A stretch of DNA of 52,361 nt from a virus (taxonomy: Duplodnaviria > Caudoviricetes), in the IMG/VR virus record IMGVR_UViG_3300025853_000126, positions 1-52,361 of that record; one strand, given 5' to 3'. This document shows positions 39,206 through 48,102 of the stretch, piece after piece; within the stretch, counting starts at the first letter, position 1, and each line of letters starts with the position of its first letter. Both the position numbers and the translations under genes were made by a program. A model generated the notes under the pieces. That model did no database searches. It had not been told where the DNA came from and was given only the letters and a program-made list of their open reading frames with translations.

Positions 39206-40927
39206 CTATTCCCAAGGCATTGGTTCTTCTTTAATTTGATCTACAACATGAGGTATAAAACAACCTGAGTTTGGTTCCCATTTAAAATGACATTCAGCTC
39301 CGTTTTCACCGAGGTTTTGAAATTTTACTTTAAGAACTTTTGCTTTAACTGTTTTAGCATCATAATCTCTATGGACTAATATACCGTGATAACTAGCATC
39401 ATACCATTCACCACCACCTTTTATATTATACATATTAGGTTCTTCAATTTGTCCGTCTTTATCTTTATACATTTTAGTTGGATGCGCTACAATAAACACA
39501 AGCACATCAAACTTTTTAGCAAAGTTTTCTATCTTAGTTAGATATTCCATCGTATATGTATTAACATCTAACGAGCTAGCGTTTTTATCTCTAACTTTAT
39601 TAAAAGGATCAATAACTAAGCATTTAATACCTTTACGTTTAACAAGCTCAGCACCTTTGCGTAACACAGACTCAAGACTATATTTTTCCATATCAATAAA
39701 AAAGAAGTTGTCATTAACGTGTTGAGCAACTTGATTCCATTTGTCTGTATCTATATCATCTACGTTAGGCATATTACCCCATACTTTACGCATTAACTTG
39801 TGTGCATGTAAATAATTTGGAGTATTTTCTGGCGATGCGAACCCTGTTTTCCAACCGTAGTTTTGATTATAACCTACGCACATCTGGTCAACAAAATCAG
39901 ACTTACCAGAAGAAGGTATACCAGTAACAGTGATAAACTGTCCGGTATAAGTTGAAAAAATTTGATCAAAGTTTGGTAAACCAATTTGATAACCCGGTTT
40001 GAATCCGTTTTTAACAAAGTCTTTGACTTCACCTTCGATGTCTTTAAATGTTGTGACATTTTCCAAAGGATACGCTTTTGCTTTATCGATTGTTTGCTTA
40101 AGTTTATCTTTGCCATACTTCATCAAGTATTCATTAGCATCTTTACAGTCTTCAAAATCTACTAGAAAACATGTTTCAGCACCTAGCCTACGCACAAACT
40201 CTGTACGCAAAGCCATACCTGGAGCATCAGTGTCTAATGCTAATATTATTTGTTTTTTATCTTCAAAATAATCTATACAATTATCTAGATAATCTAAGTT
40301 GTTATGTGTTATTGTTGCACCATTAGGTACAGACACACAGTTTTTAATACCTGCTTCGTGTAAAGCAAGTACATCCATTTCTCCTTCGGTTATAACACAA
40401 CTATCATAACCTACTATGCTGTTAATATTATAAAATACTTTTTCAGCACCCTTATATAGTTTAAAATTTTTACGGCCATCTCTATATTTTACATTAATAA
40501 GTTGATCGCCGATATAATAATTAAACTTTATGGTGTTCTCGGTCTTACCGGTTTGCGGCATATACTCAGGACCCTCACTGATCTGAAGATCAATAAGAGT
40601 CCTAGTAGATATACCTCTAGTTTCAAACCACTCAGCTACTTTAGTACGAGGAATATTAAATTCCTCTTTTGGTGGATCAACTGGTCTGATATACTCTTTA
40701 TCAGTTGCTCCTTTACGTTGATACGTATGTAGTTGAAAAGTGGTGTCACAGTTGTGGCAAGTTCCAAGACCACGTTCCCAGTCGTATGAAGCACATTTCT
40801 TCTTACGGTTTTCGGGTTTTCTATCTTCAGAACAAAGAGGACATATGCCCTGTTTCTTCTGCTCTAGATTATATTGATTGAACTGGTCAATAACAAATCC
40901 ATTGATCTCGTATTGTTCTACTTGCAT
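39206..40927 (-). CDS. Bifunctional DNA primase-helicase (T7 gp4/Twinkle-like)
   Basis: CPLC..CHNC zinc finger; TOPRIM ITEGEMD and DTD; Walker A GIPSSGKS; LVIDP; VAHP. Confidence 0.92.
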   Translation of the reverse strand: MQVEQYEINGFVIDQFNQYNLEQKKQGICPLCSEDRKPENRKKKCASYDWERGLGTCHNCDTTFQLHTYQRKGATDKEYIRPVDPPKEEFNIPRTKVAEWFETRGISTRTLIDLQISEGPEYMPQTGKTENTIKFNYYIGDQLINVKYRDGRKNFKLYKGAEKVFYNINSIVGYDSCVITEGEMDVLALHEAGIKNCVSVPNGATITHNNLDYLDNCIDYFEDKKQIILALDTDAPGMALRTEFVRRLGAETCFLVDFEDCKDANEYLMKYGKDKLKQTIDKAKAYPLENVTTFKDIEGEVKDFVKNGFKPGYQIGLPNFDQIFSTYTGQFITVTGIPSSGKSDFVDQMCVGYNQNYGWKTGFASPENTPNYLHAHKLMRKVWGNMPNVDDIDTDKWNQVAQHVNDNFFFIDMEKYSLESVLRKGAELVKRKGIKCLVIDPFNKVRDKNASSLDVNTYTMEYLTKIENFAKKFDVLVFIVAHPTKMYKDKDGQIEEPNMYNIKGGGEWYDASYHGILVHRDYDAKTVKAKVLKVKFQNLGENGAECHFKWEPNSGCFIPHVVDQIKEEPMPWE

Positions 40928-40936
40928 TTAATTTAA

Positions 40937-41248
40937 TTAAAATGGTAAATCGTCCTTTGCTTCAACTGCTGCTGCTTTTAAAGCTGGAGCTGGTGCTCCT
41001 TGCTTTGGTGCATCAGGGAAAGTACCGTTGCTCCAAACAACTCTAACATTACCAAGATATTTCTTAGCAACCTTAGCATCTCTTTCCTCTTTTGACTGAT
41101 CAACTATGATTGGTCCGAAGTTACCAAACTGGTCGACTTCATCATTAATCGTAATTGATATTGGTAAGTATTTACCTTTTTTACCTTCGATAATTTTATC
41201 TTTAGGTATTTCAGATAAGTTAATACTACCTTTAATAATTCCTGCCAT
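40937..41248 (-). CDS. Putative single-stranded DNA-binding protein
   Basis: OB-like N-terminus and acidic DDLPF tail. Confidence 0.7.
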   Translation of the reverse strand: MAGIIKGSINLSEIPKDKIIEGKKGKYLPISITINDEVDQFGNFGPIIVDQSKEERDAKVAKKYLGNVRVVWSNGTFPDAPKQGAPAPALKAAAVEAKDDLPF

Positions 41249-41249
41249 A

Positions 41250-41429
41250 TTATGCGTATTGATTAATTTGGTTAAACATTCTAGCTAATTGCTCTTTAGT
41301 AGCATTAGTAGTTCTTCTTAAATTGTCTACAGCTTTAACATGGTTTTGATTCTTGTAAAAGTTGTTTACAGAAGTTTCTAATCCAGTTACGCTGCATACT
41401 TTCATTTGGTTTTTTCTAGTTCTTGCCAT
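41250..41429 (-). CDS. Small hypothetical protein
   Basis: 59 aa, MARTRKNQMKVCSVTG...; fills the gap. Confidence 0.6.
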   Translation of the reverse strand: MARTRKNQMKVCSVTGLETSVNNFYKNQNHVKAVDNLRRTTNATKEQLARMFNQINQYA

Positions 41430-41431
41430 GG

Positions 41432-42163
41432 TTATAAGGTTTTATTAATAAAATATTGCTTTGGGTCAAAGTCTTTGTTCTTATAAAATAATCTATAAGC
41501 ATCCACTGCTCGTTGGACCTTGTCTTGACCTTTAGCATAAAATTCTGGTGAGCAGTCAAATATTCCGAGTTGTCCTGAGTTTTTATCTATTACAATAAAA
41601 ACCATTTCATAACCGAACAACTCACTGTAAATATAAGCTTGAGAGTCATAGTTGTACTTAGAAGCAGACCATTTAAATTTTTGAATATCAGCTGTCGTTT
41701 TTAAATCAATGACTAGCTTTTCATTATGATTTATAATATCTGCTTTACCTTTCCACATTTCACCCTCAATCTCTTTAATACCTGGAGTTTCGTATTCTGT
41801 ATTACTATCACGTATCATTGCTTGACATACTTTATTATCTAACATAATATCAGATAATTTTTCTATAGCATCAACTTCATGTTGTAATAAGCATAATTCA
41901 CCACCAGACATCTCTTTGTAAGCTTTAGTATTCCTAGTTGACGAAGGTATAACCTTGTACTTTTTCAGTTTATCTGGTTCTAGTATAGCGGTATGAAAGT
42001 ATCCGCCAACTAAGAAAGCAGGCCTAGGCTCGCTAGGCTTTCCTAAAGCTAAAGGATTTGTAAGTAAAGCCGAGATGTCAGAATTACTTAGATACTTTTT
42101 ACCAAAGTCTCCGTAGTAATGCGCATCGTCGCGTAGCTTTTCAATTACATTTTCTTTATTCAT
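41432..42163 (-). CDS. PD-(D/E)XK exonuclease (exonuclease VIII-like)
   Basis: LSNS, G..FHTAILEP, KGKAD...IDLKTT and YDSQAYIY motifs. Confidence 0.85.
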   Translation of the reverse strand: MNKENVIEKLRDDAHYYGDFGKKYLSNSDISALLTNPLALGKPSEPRPAFLVGGYFHTAILEPDKLKKYKVIPSSTRNTKAYKEMSGGELCLLQHEVDAIEKLSDIMLDNKVCQAMIRDSNTEYETPGIKEIEGEMWKGKADIINHNEKLVIDLKTTADIQKFKWSASKYNYDSQAYIYSELFGYEMVFIVIDKNSGQLGIFDCSPEFYAKGQDKVQRAVDAYRLFYKNKDFDPKQYFINKTL

Positions 42164-42675
42164 TAGAGAGTTTTAAGCTCAGCTTCTTGAGCTGATGTTA
42201 ATTGATACTTCTTTTTGATAGCTTCTATTTTACCACCTGATTTAATATAGCTTTTAGCTTTATTAATATCAGTAAGTTTATCCTTACCGTGGTTATTAGT
42301 TGCGTCACTATCTTGAGTATCATCAATTAGGAATAAATTTCCTAGTGCATACTTCTTTGCGTAACTCGATGCTGAACCGAACTGTTGAGGTGCTTGCATA
42401 CCTTTTTGATTAAGATCAACTCCAACTACTGATGTAGCTGTAATTGTACCTTCACCATCAGTTACTGTAGCAGTTGATTGTATAACAGGCATTGGCTCTG
42501 TTGCAATTAACTCCTCATTAACTGTTACGGTAACTCCTAACTCTAACAGAAAGGGTTTTGTAGCTTCGAGAATGTCTTCGGCTGACCTGAAGTAATACTT
42601 ACCGAATGAATTAAATCTACTTTTTTTCGATTTAAATTTTGTCTGAATTTTTGATAGTTTTTCGTATATGGTCAT
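42163..42675 (-). CDS. ERF-family ssDNA-annealing protein
   Basis: FGKYYFRSAEDILEA and GSASSYAKKYAL..LF..DD..D.D motifs. Confidence 0.88.
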   Translation of the reverse strand: MTIYEKLSKIQTKFKSKKSRFNSFGKYYFRSAEDILEATKPFLLELGVTVTVNEELIATEPMPVIQSTATVTDGEGTITATSVVGVDLNQKGMQAPQQFGSASSYAKKYALGNLFLIDDTQDSDATNNHGKDKLTDINKAKSYIKSGGKIEAIKKKYQLTSAQEAELKTL

Positions 42676-42681
42676 AGTATA

Positions 42682-42709
42682 ATAATTACATATTTAATTG
42701 TTAATTTAC
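42682..42709 (-). promoter_or_regulatory. Putative phage-sigma promoter GTAAATT-N13-GTAATTAT
   Basis: Intergenic between the sigma and ERF genes; same spacing as 1377 and 50362. Confidence 0.5.
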
Positions 42710-42718
42710 ATATTTAAC

Positions 42719-43462
42719 TTACAGATAATCAAGCACTTGCGAGTGATCTACATTATCAATTAAAGTTTGTACGGCTTGCTTTTTTAGCTCAGATATTCTT
42801 ACATAACTAGCCGATCCTTCAATGTTTAATTTGTCTGCAATTTGCTTTGCTGTATGCTTATCGCAATCAAGACCATAAGATAATCTTAAAACTTCATATT
42901 CATTTTGTTTTAAATACTTTTGCATTAAACTTTTTAAATATAAGTTTATTAAATGTATATTATATGGTTCTGATTTATCAGGTATTTGGTTAAATATATC
43001 TTCGTCGTTTACTTTAGCGTCAATAGATAAAAATATAGAATTAAAAAACATTTCAACTGCTTTTTTATCTTTACTTTTACGCATATGATTTAGTTGATGC
43101 TCTGGTATTCTTATATTGCCTCGAGCCATATCTACACGTCTACGTATTCCGCCTTTTATTCTTTTGCTAAAAAATGATTTTAAAGTTTTTTCTATATCAT
43201 CAGATTTATCTACTGTTTCCCAGTCTAGTCTATCTACTGCTTTTGTCAATGCTTCACTACCAGCTTGTATTATATCCATAATAGTCATAACTCCTGAAGC
43301 TTGATCACTAGTTGAAAATTTTCTACCTAATGTTTCTACTAACGGTAAAAACTTGACTATTAGTTCCTGTCTAGTATAATCTTTATAAGGTTTATTTTCT
43401 GGCATACTTGCCTTTAAATCCTCTTTATATCGAATGTAGTTTGCTACACTATATTTTTTCAT
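42719..43462 (-). CDS. Sigma-70-family RNA polymerase sigma factor
   Basis: Region 2 (LPLVETLGRKF...DIIQAG..ALTKAVDR), IRIPEH, region 4 HTH (VLRLSYGL...KQIADKL...RISELKKQA). Confidence 0.85.
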   Translation of the reverse strand: MKKYSVANYIRYKEDLKASMPENKPYKDYTRQELIVKFLPLVETLGRKFSTSDQASGVMTIMDIIQAGSEALTKAVDRLDWETVDKSDDIEKTLKSFFSKRIKGGIRRRVDMARGNIRIPEHQLNHMRKSKDKKAVEMFFNSIFLSIDAKVNDEDIFNQIPDKSEPYNIHLINLYLKSLMQKYLKQNEYEVLRLSYGLDCDKHTAKQIADKLNIEGSASYVRISELKKQAVQTLIDNVDHSQVLDYL

Positions 43463-43536
43463 TTCTTCTTCTTTTTACCTTTTTAAATTGTTTTACTTTA
43501 GAAGCTAAGTTCATAAAGTTTGTCTCCATTAAATGT

Positions 43537-44037
43537 TTATATAATTTCCTTCTCATATAATTTATCTCTTGTTATTAATTCTTCTGTAGCTCCTGCTACT
43601 AAATATTTTTCACCTTCATAATAATTCCAGTAAGCTGTAATGCTACAACCTGGAACTTTATATTCATCAGGCATAGCTTGTGGTGGTTCACAAAAATCGC
43701 CAATAGGTATATGCACTGGAGGTACATTTAAAAACTTAGCACATTTAGTTATAGTTAAATGTGTTTTATTGTATCTTTTAGTATATTCATCACCTAAAGC
43801 AATCATATGTAAAAACAACCATCTGTAATTAGCTCTGCATTGTCTAGTCCATATTGTTGACGGGTGATTTAAATGCGCTTGTTTATAAGGTACATTTAAT
43901 TGTTGTTCTGCATTACCGTATACATGATGAGCTGTACAAAGCATTTGAGCTGATTCTAAGATCATTTTAACTACATGCTTATTGTATTGTATCTGTGCAG
44001 CTTTAACTGGGTCAGAATGTAAATAAAATATATTCAT
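43537..44037 (-). CDS. Pyrimidine-dimer DNA glycosylase (DenV-like)
   Basis: MNIFYL..DP...A...KHVVKMILESAQMLCT...NHPSTIW...EY..RY. Confidence 0.82.
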   Translation of the reverse strand: MNIFYLHSDPVKAAQIQYNKHVVKMILESAQMLCTAHHVYGNAEQQLNVPYKQAHLNHPSTIWTRQCRANYRWLFLHMIALGDEYTKRYNKTHLTITKCAKFLNVPPVHIPIGDFCEPPQAMPDEYKVPGCSITAYWNYYEGEKYLVAGATEELITRDKLYEKEII

Positions 44038-44144
44038 TTATATCTTTTGTGGTTTAACCTATTATAATGTTTGTCTAATAAGAGGTTTGCTACCTCTTCT
44101 GATATTAAGTTGTCGTTGTATAATTGCCATATTAGTTTACTCAT
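44034..44144 (-). CDS. Small hypothetical protein
   Basis: 36 aa, MSKLIWQLYNDNLISEEVANLLLDKHY...; overlaps both neighbours. Confidence 0.5.
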   Translation of the reverse strand: MSKLIWQLYNDNLISEEVANLLLDKHYNRLNHKRYK

Positions 44145-44967
44145 AATTTCTTAGTGCTTTAAATAATGGATGTCTGTAGCTACCAGCATTAGTTCTTTGG
44201 AAATAGGTAAAGGTAGCACGCTGACCAATATAGTCGTGAACGTTGTCGAGCATATTGCTAAGATCTTTGTAAGTAAATCCTTTGCCCGGTGGACAACCGA
44301 ACTCATTACCTTCATCATCTTGCATTATGAACTTACCGAGCGTGCCTGTCCTTTTGCCTTTACCTGTTTCATAACCTATGATTGTTGCTTCAGTATCGCT
44401 GAAGTCTTTGAATTTCATTAAGTCGTAAGATCTACCGTGTTTGTATTTACCATTAAGTCTAATGATAGAGCCTTCGTAACCATCTTCTAAGAACTCTTCA
44501 TGTAAGGTTCTAGCATAACTATATGAATCAGCTAGTAATGTTGGCACGTGTTTAATATATTCATCATAAACATCTGAACAAACTAGATTAGCCATGCGTA
44601 CTTGATAGTTGTCATAACTATCATCAATATAATCATACACGTGGAACTGTACTAATTTTTGAGCATCTAATCTATCATCTGCGGTAGGTTTTTGCTTACG
44701 AACTAATGATATAATTTTTTCAAAATCATTTTTTAATTCATGATTGTATAATTCACCGTCAAGAACAGTGTTTGGGTTCTGTTTAAAGAACGGTATCAAT
44801 ACTAACTCTATATGAGCTAGATTCATAAATTTATTACCAGCACGTGAATACGCGCCATCTTTAGTAAATAGACAGCGGACACCGTCTAGTTTAGGTTGTA
44901 TATACACAGGTAATGACCAGTTTATTCTTGACTCGTCATACTTGTGTGCAAGCATAGGTTTTATCAT
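44137..44967 (-). CDS. ATP-dependent DNA ligase
   Basis: QPKLDGVR, LDGELY, YEGSIIR, LMKFK and OB domain. Confidence 0.93.
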   Translation of the reverse strand: MIKPMLAHKYDESRINWSLPVYIQPKLDGVRCLFTKDGAYSRAGNKFMNLAHIELVLIPFFKQNPNTVLDGELYNHELKNDFEKIISLVRKQKPTADDRLDAQKLVQFHVYDYIDDSYDNYQVRMANLVCSDVYDEYIKHVPTLLADSYSYARTLHEEFLEDGYEGSIIRLNGKYKHGRSYDLMKFKDFSDTEATIIGYETGKGKRTGTLGKFIMQDDEGNEFGCPPGKGFTYKDLSNMLDNVHDYIGQRATFTYFQRTNAGSYRHPLFKALRNYE

Positions 44968-45197
44968 AGGTTTTTTAATTTTAATTCTATTGTTTTAATT
45001 TTCTTTTTTAACAATTCACACTCTTCGTATTTTTCTTCTGCTAAGTATTTACTCATCAATGTCATACATCTAGCAAGTTCAGCTAGTAAATCCTCTTCTT
45101 CATCAGGTTGCATATCTATTAATAAACCTTCATGTAGTTGATCAAGTATAATTTTAGCTACGCGTTGTGCTAATTGTTCGATTTGTTCATCAGTCAT
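44964..45197 (-). CDS. Small protein with UVR-like C-terminal hairpin
   Basis: Likely start MTDEQ; EEKYEECELLKKKI motif. Confidence 0.55.
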   Translation of the reverse strand: MTDEQIEQLAQRVAKIILDQLHEGLLIDMQPDEEEDLLAELARCMTLMSKYLAEEKYEECELLKKKIKTIELKLKNL

Positions 45198-45228
45198 ATT
45201 ATCCAAATATTTTTGTAATTTGTTTGTA
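45198..45228 (-). promoter_or_regulatory. Early promoter motif TACAAAC-N16-TGGATAAT (copy 1)
   Basis: Exact 7+8 match with 16-nt spacer. Confidence 0.7.
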
Positions 45229-45297
45229 ATGTAATTCCTTTTTTAGACATGTAATAATATAATTATATTCATAATAAATATGAAATATTTATCTATG

Positions 45298-45861
45298 TTA
45301 GTCTTCATGGGTTAGTATATCTATAATTTTCTGAGCGTTAGCCCTAACCTTATTATATTTAGCTATTTCTTCTTTTTCATTAAGGGTTGAATCGAATATA
45401 TGTTTAATTTTATCTCCATATCTAGTTTCTCCATTAGAAAAATCAGTATAATCCATATCTTCCATATATTTAGATATAATCTTTTCAGGTTTTAATACAA
45501 ATACTATTTCATTAGAATACATATTCCAACAACTTACATGTATTTTATCTTTATCACCACTCCATATAATATATCTATACTCGTGATCTACATTTTCTGC
45601 ATCAGGAAATAAGTAACAGCTATCATAATACATATCATGTACTAATTTAGATGCTAATCTACTACCATCTTTACATCCATTATTCTTAGCTAATAACCAG
45701 TTAGCAATTTGTACACCTTGCCATTCAGGATAACCGTCATGGTGCATGTACATATTAACACAACTATACTTATTAACAAGATCTGGATGTATAGCAAACC
45801 CTTCTGGGTATTTACTACTGTGTTTGCGGTCTACGACCATTATTAAGTTTCTTGTACTCAT
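45298..45861 (-). CDS. Hypothetical phage protein (YxHxDGYP family)
   Basis: MSTR...YMHHDGYPE motif. Confidence 0.7.
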   Translation of the reverse strand: MSTRNLIMVVDRKHSSKYPEGFAIHPDLVNKYSCVNMYMHHDGYPEWQGVQIANWLLAKNNGCKDGSRLASKLVHDMYYDSCYLFPDAENVDHEYRYIIWSGDKDKIHVSCWNMYSNEIVFVLKPEKIISKYMEDMDYTDFSNGETRYGDKIKHIFDSTLNEKEEIAKYNKVRANAQKIIDILTHED

Positions 45862-45863
45862 AT

Positions 45864-46121
45864 TTAATCTAATAATACCATATAAGCTTTAGGGTTTACA
45901 GTTCTAAACCAAGATAAAGCTTTTTGGTGTGTTGTTATTAATTCATCGTCCCAACCTCTATGGTCACCAACATAGTTAATACCCATAATTAAGTCGTACA
46001 TAGATGTCTCTGCAGCGTCTAAGTCATAAGACTCACCACTGAACGGATTTGTTATTGTATCACCTTCGTCGTAGATCGTACCGTTAAACCAATCAGGTAA
46101 TGTTGAGTTTATTTTATTCAT
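45864..46121 (-). CDS. Hypothetical protein
   Basis: 85-aa ORF in the early operon. Confidence 0.7.
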   Translation of the reverse strand: MNKINSTLPDWFNGTIYDEGDTITNPFSGESYDLDAAETSMYDLIMGINYVGDHRGWDDELITTHQKALSWFRTVNPKAYMVLLD

Positions 46122-46590
46122 CGTGTTCTTTTATTGTGTATTCTCCTGTATCTAGTAATTCGTCTTCAGCTTCTGCCATTTTGTCATTATAATAATCTCT
46201 ATACCAAGATTCTAATTCATAATTAAAATCATATTCTATATCGTCCCATATATTAGGGTCGCACCATACATCGCCACCATTAGTTAAAGAATCAATTATT
46301 TGCTCTGACCAACCAGCGTTGTCAAGATAATAATACACATCATTTTCAAAACTTATATCTCTATGATTATGAGAATGTGTAATGATGTATACTTCATAGG
46401 AATCTGCTGTTGATTGATAGTAACATATTAAATCTTCGTGACCTTCAGCCCATGAGCTATCATTGTTTAGCTTGCTACCATATGCTGATTCTATTAGTTC
46501 AAGTATAACTGGTCCATCTGGTTCTTCTTGTAAACCATGCTCATTTTCTAAGTATTCGATGATAATCTCATCTGTTAGTAATTCTGCCAT
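46114..46590 (-). CDS. Highly acidic hypothetical protein
   Basis: 158 aa, D/E-rich with very few K/R. Confidence 0.7.
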   Translation of the reverse strand: MAELLTDEIIIEYLENEHGLQEEPDGPVILELIESAYGSKLNNDSSWAEGHEDLICYYQSTADSYEVYIITHSHNHRDISFENDVYYYLDNAGWSEQIIDSLTNGGDVWCDPNIWDDIEYDFNYELESWYRDYYNDKMAEAEDELLDTGEYTIKEHDE

Positions 46591-46592
46591 AT

Positions 46593-46961
46593 TTATTTAT
46601 TTAAGTAATTTTTCTTTGCATATTCGTGTAAGAAGTTTAGTCTAGCTAATCCTGACCATATCAGTGCTCTTGACCATACATCATACTCTTTTGTAACTAG
46701 TTGATTACCATCAAGAAACACCCACCTTGCCTTACGTTTATATTTAGGGTTTAGTTGCCATATTCTGTCACTACTATCACATCTACGTACATAACCTGAT
46801 TTATAGGTTGCTAGTAGTTGACCTGTTGGTAATTTAAATTGACGTGTACCGTTGAGGTGTTGTCTTTTCGTGGTAGTTTCTACGATACCATCTTCGTGAA
46901 GCATAGCTTGAGCGTATGCATTTTCTAGTCGTAATTGTTCTTTTCTCCAATTTGTTGCCAT
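46593..46961 (-). CDS. Hypothetical protein
   Basis: 122-aa ORF. Confidence 0.7.
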   Translation of the reverse strand: MATNWRKEQLRLENAYAQAMLHEDGIVETTTKRQHLNGTRQFKLPTGQLLATYKSGYVRRCDSSDRIWQLNPKYKRKARWVFLDGNQLVTKEYDVWSRALIWSGLARLNFLHEYAKKNYLNK

Positions 46962-46964
46962 AAT

Positions 46965-47195
46965 TTAGTCATTAAATAATTTATCACCATATCTCCAATC
47001 AATAGAATTCCATCTTCTATCGTCTATGTCTGAATACAATACTAAGTCTTTAACAGTTCCAACAGTTAATTCAGAGTAATTATGAAATCTATGTAACTCT
47101 GCAATTACTTGCCTTGTACCTTCTCTGTACTTAACAGAGTTGTATTTAAGTTTAATTTTAAGATTTGGTTTTAGTCTTTCGTATAATGTTTTCAT
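46965..47195 (-). CDS. Hypothetical protein
   Basis: Start moved to MKTLYERL because the upstream in-frame part is the promoter motif. Confidence 0.65.
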   Translation of the reverse strand: MKTLYERLKPNLKIKLKYNSVKYREGTRQVIAELHRFHNYSELTVGTVKDLVLYSDIDDRRWNSIDWRYGDKLFND

Positions 47196-47201
47196 ATTAT
47201 T

Positions 47202-47232
47202 ATTATCCAAAGTTATTATTGTTTTGTTTGTA
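47202..47232 (-). promoter_or_regulatory. Early promoter motif (copy 2)
   Basis: TACAAAC-N16-TGGATAAT. Confidence 0.75.
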
Positions 47233-47235
47233 AAC

Positions 47236-47250
47236 ATGACATTTTGTCAT
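47236..47250. promoter_or_regulatory. Palindromic operator-like site TGACA-N3-TGTCA
   Basis: ATGACATTTTGTCAT abutting the promoter; repeated at 49849. Confidence 0.5.
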
Positions 47251-47254
47251 ATAG

Positions 47255-47326
47255 TTGCGGGAGGTGGAGTCGAACCACCGACCTCAAGGTTATGAGCCTT
47301 GCGAGCTACCACTGCTCTATCCCGCT
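47255..47326 (-). tRNA. tRNA-Met(CAT), initiator-like
   Basis: AGCGGGA/TCCCGCA acceptor with 1:72 mismatch; GAGC/GCTC D-stem (A11-U24); CAAGG-CTCATAA-CCTTG anticodon arm; GGTGG-TTCGACT-CCACC T arm; no encoded CCA. Confidence 0.92.
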
Positions 47327-47330
47327 AATA

Positions 47331-47530
47331 TCTTACCGGCTGTCACTACGACTGGCTTTGTACAACTGATACCTTAAGGAAGCCAAGGCGTCGGTTTACT
47401 GTTAGGCCGGTAGATGTAATCTATTGATACCTAATCGGTTAGCTATTCACTTATGTATAAGTTAGTGTGACTTTCATCTCCTATTTCTTATCTAATTAAG
47501 CTACTCGTCTAACTATCTATCAATGATTAC
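47331..47530 (-). ncRNA. Candidate structured ncRNA(s) upstream of the tRNA
   Basis: About 200 nt without a credible ORF; closing stems TACCGGC/GCCGGTA and GTAATC-ATTGATA/TATCAAT-GATTAC with nested helices. Confidence 0.45.
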
Positions 47531-47712
47531 AAGTGCCATTCTTTTAATAATTTAATGGCTGATGCTTTTATATCTCTGAACATAGTTTCATCAAGTGGAT
47601 CAGTGTAATTAATTATTCTATCCAATGCTCTTTCTAGTTCAGTACAAAGATATGCTGATTCTCTATCAACTATGTCTTCTTTAATTTGCTCGTATGCTTT
47701 CTTGCTATCCAT
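47527..47712 (-). CDS. Hypothetical protein
   Basis: 61-aa ORF. Confidence 0.65.
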   Translation of the reverse strand: MDSKKAYEQIKEDIVDRESAYLCTELERALDRIINYTDPLDETMFRDIKASAIKLLKEWHL

Positions 47713-47714
47713 AT

Positions 47715-47891
47715 TTATTTTATTACTCGTTTAAATCTTGTTACCATCCACTCTATGTTACCTATTGAGTGTCCCATGTCGTCTAGATATTCTTCTATTT
47801 TTTCTGAATCATCTATCCATACATCATATCTATACACTCTACCATCTACATAGTCGAGTACAAATACATATTTTCTACCTTTTGTTTCCAT
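47715..47891 (-). CDS. Small hypothetical protein
   Basis: 58 aa, METKGRKYVFVLDYVDGRVYRY...; absent from the ORF track. Confidence 0.6.
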   Translation of the reverse strand: METKGRKYVFVLDYVDGRVYRYDVWIDDSEKIEEYLDDMGHSIGNIEWMVTRFKRVIK

Positions 47892-48102
47892 ATATTATTC
47901 TTTCTAAGTCGTCTCGTTTATAATTTCTTTTAGTTGGGTAGTTTAAATACCTCGTCTCTATGTCTCTAGCTTTTAATATTTCTTCGTTCCATAGTCGCTG
48001 GTCTATTTTATAATATGTATAGAATACACCTGTAAAGAAGCAAATACCTGCTATCAATGTAAGATATAATAATCTTTCTAATTTATTTACTTTCGTCTCC
48101 AT
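47875..48102 (-). CDS. Small membrane-anchored protein
   Basis: N-terminal TM helix. Confidence 0.6.
   Translation of the reverse strand: METKVNKLERLLYLTLIAGICFFTGVFYTYYKIDQRLWNEEILKARDIETRYLNYPTKRNYKRDDLERIIYGNKR

Noticed and set aside
47196-47237. Track start sites at 47237, 45206 and 48922
   Set aside because: These N-terminal extensions merely translate the repeated promoter motif; downstream ATGs were preferred
47331-47414. Twister, hammerhead, theta/HDV-like ribozyme or SRP RNA assignment
   Set aside because: Only fragments match (CUAACA; GGAAGCCAAGGC); no CUGAnGA/GAAA core; theta ribozymes lie 3' of tRNAs whereas this element is 5'
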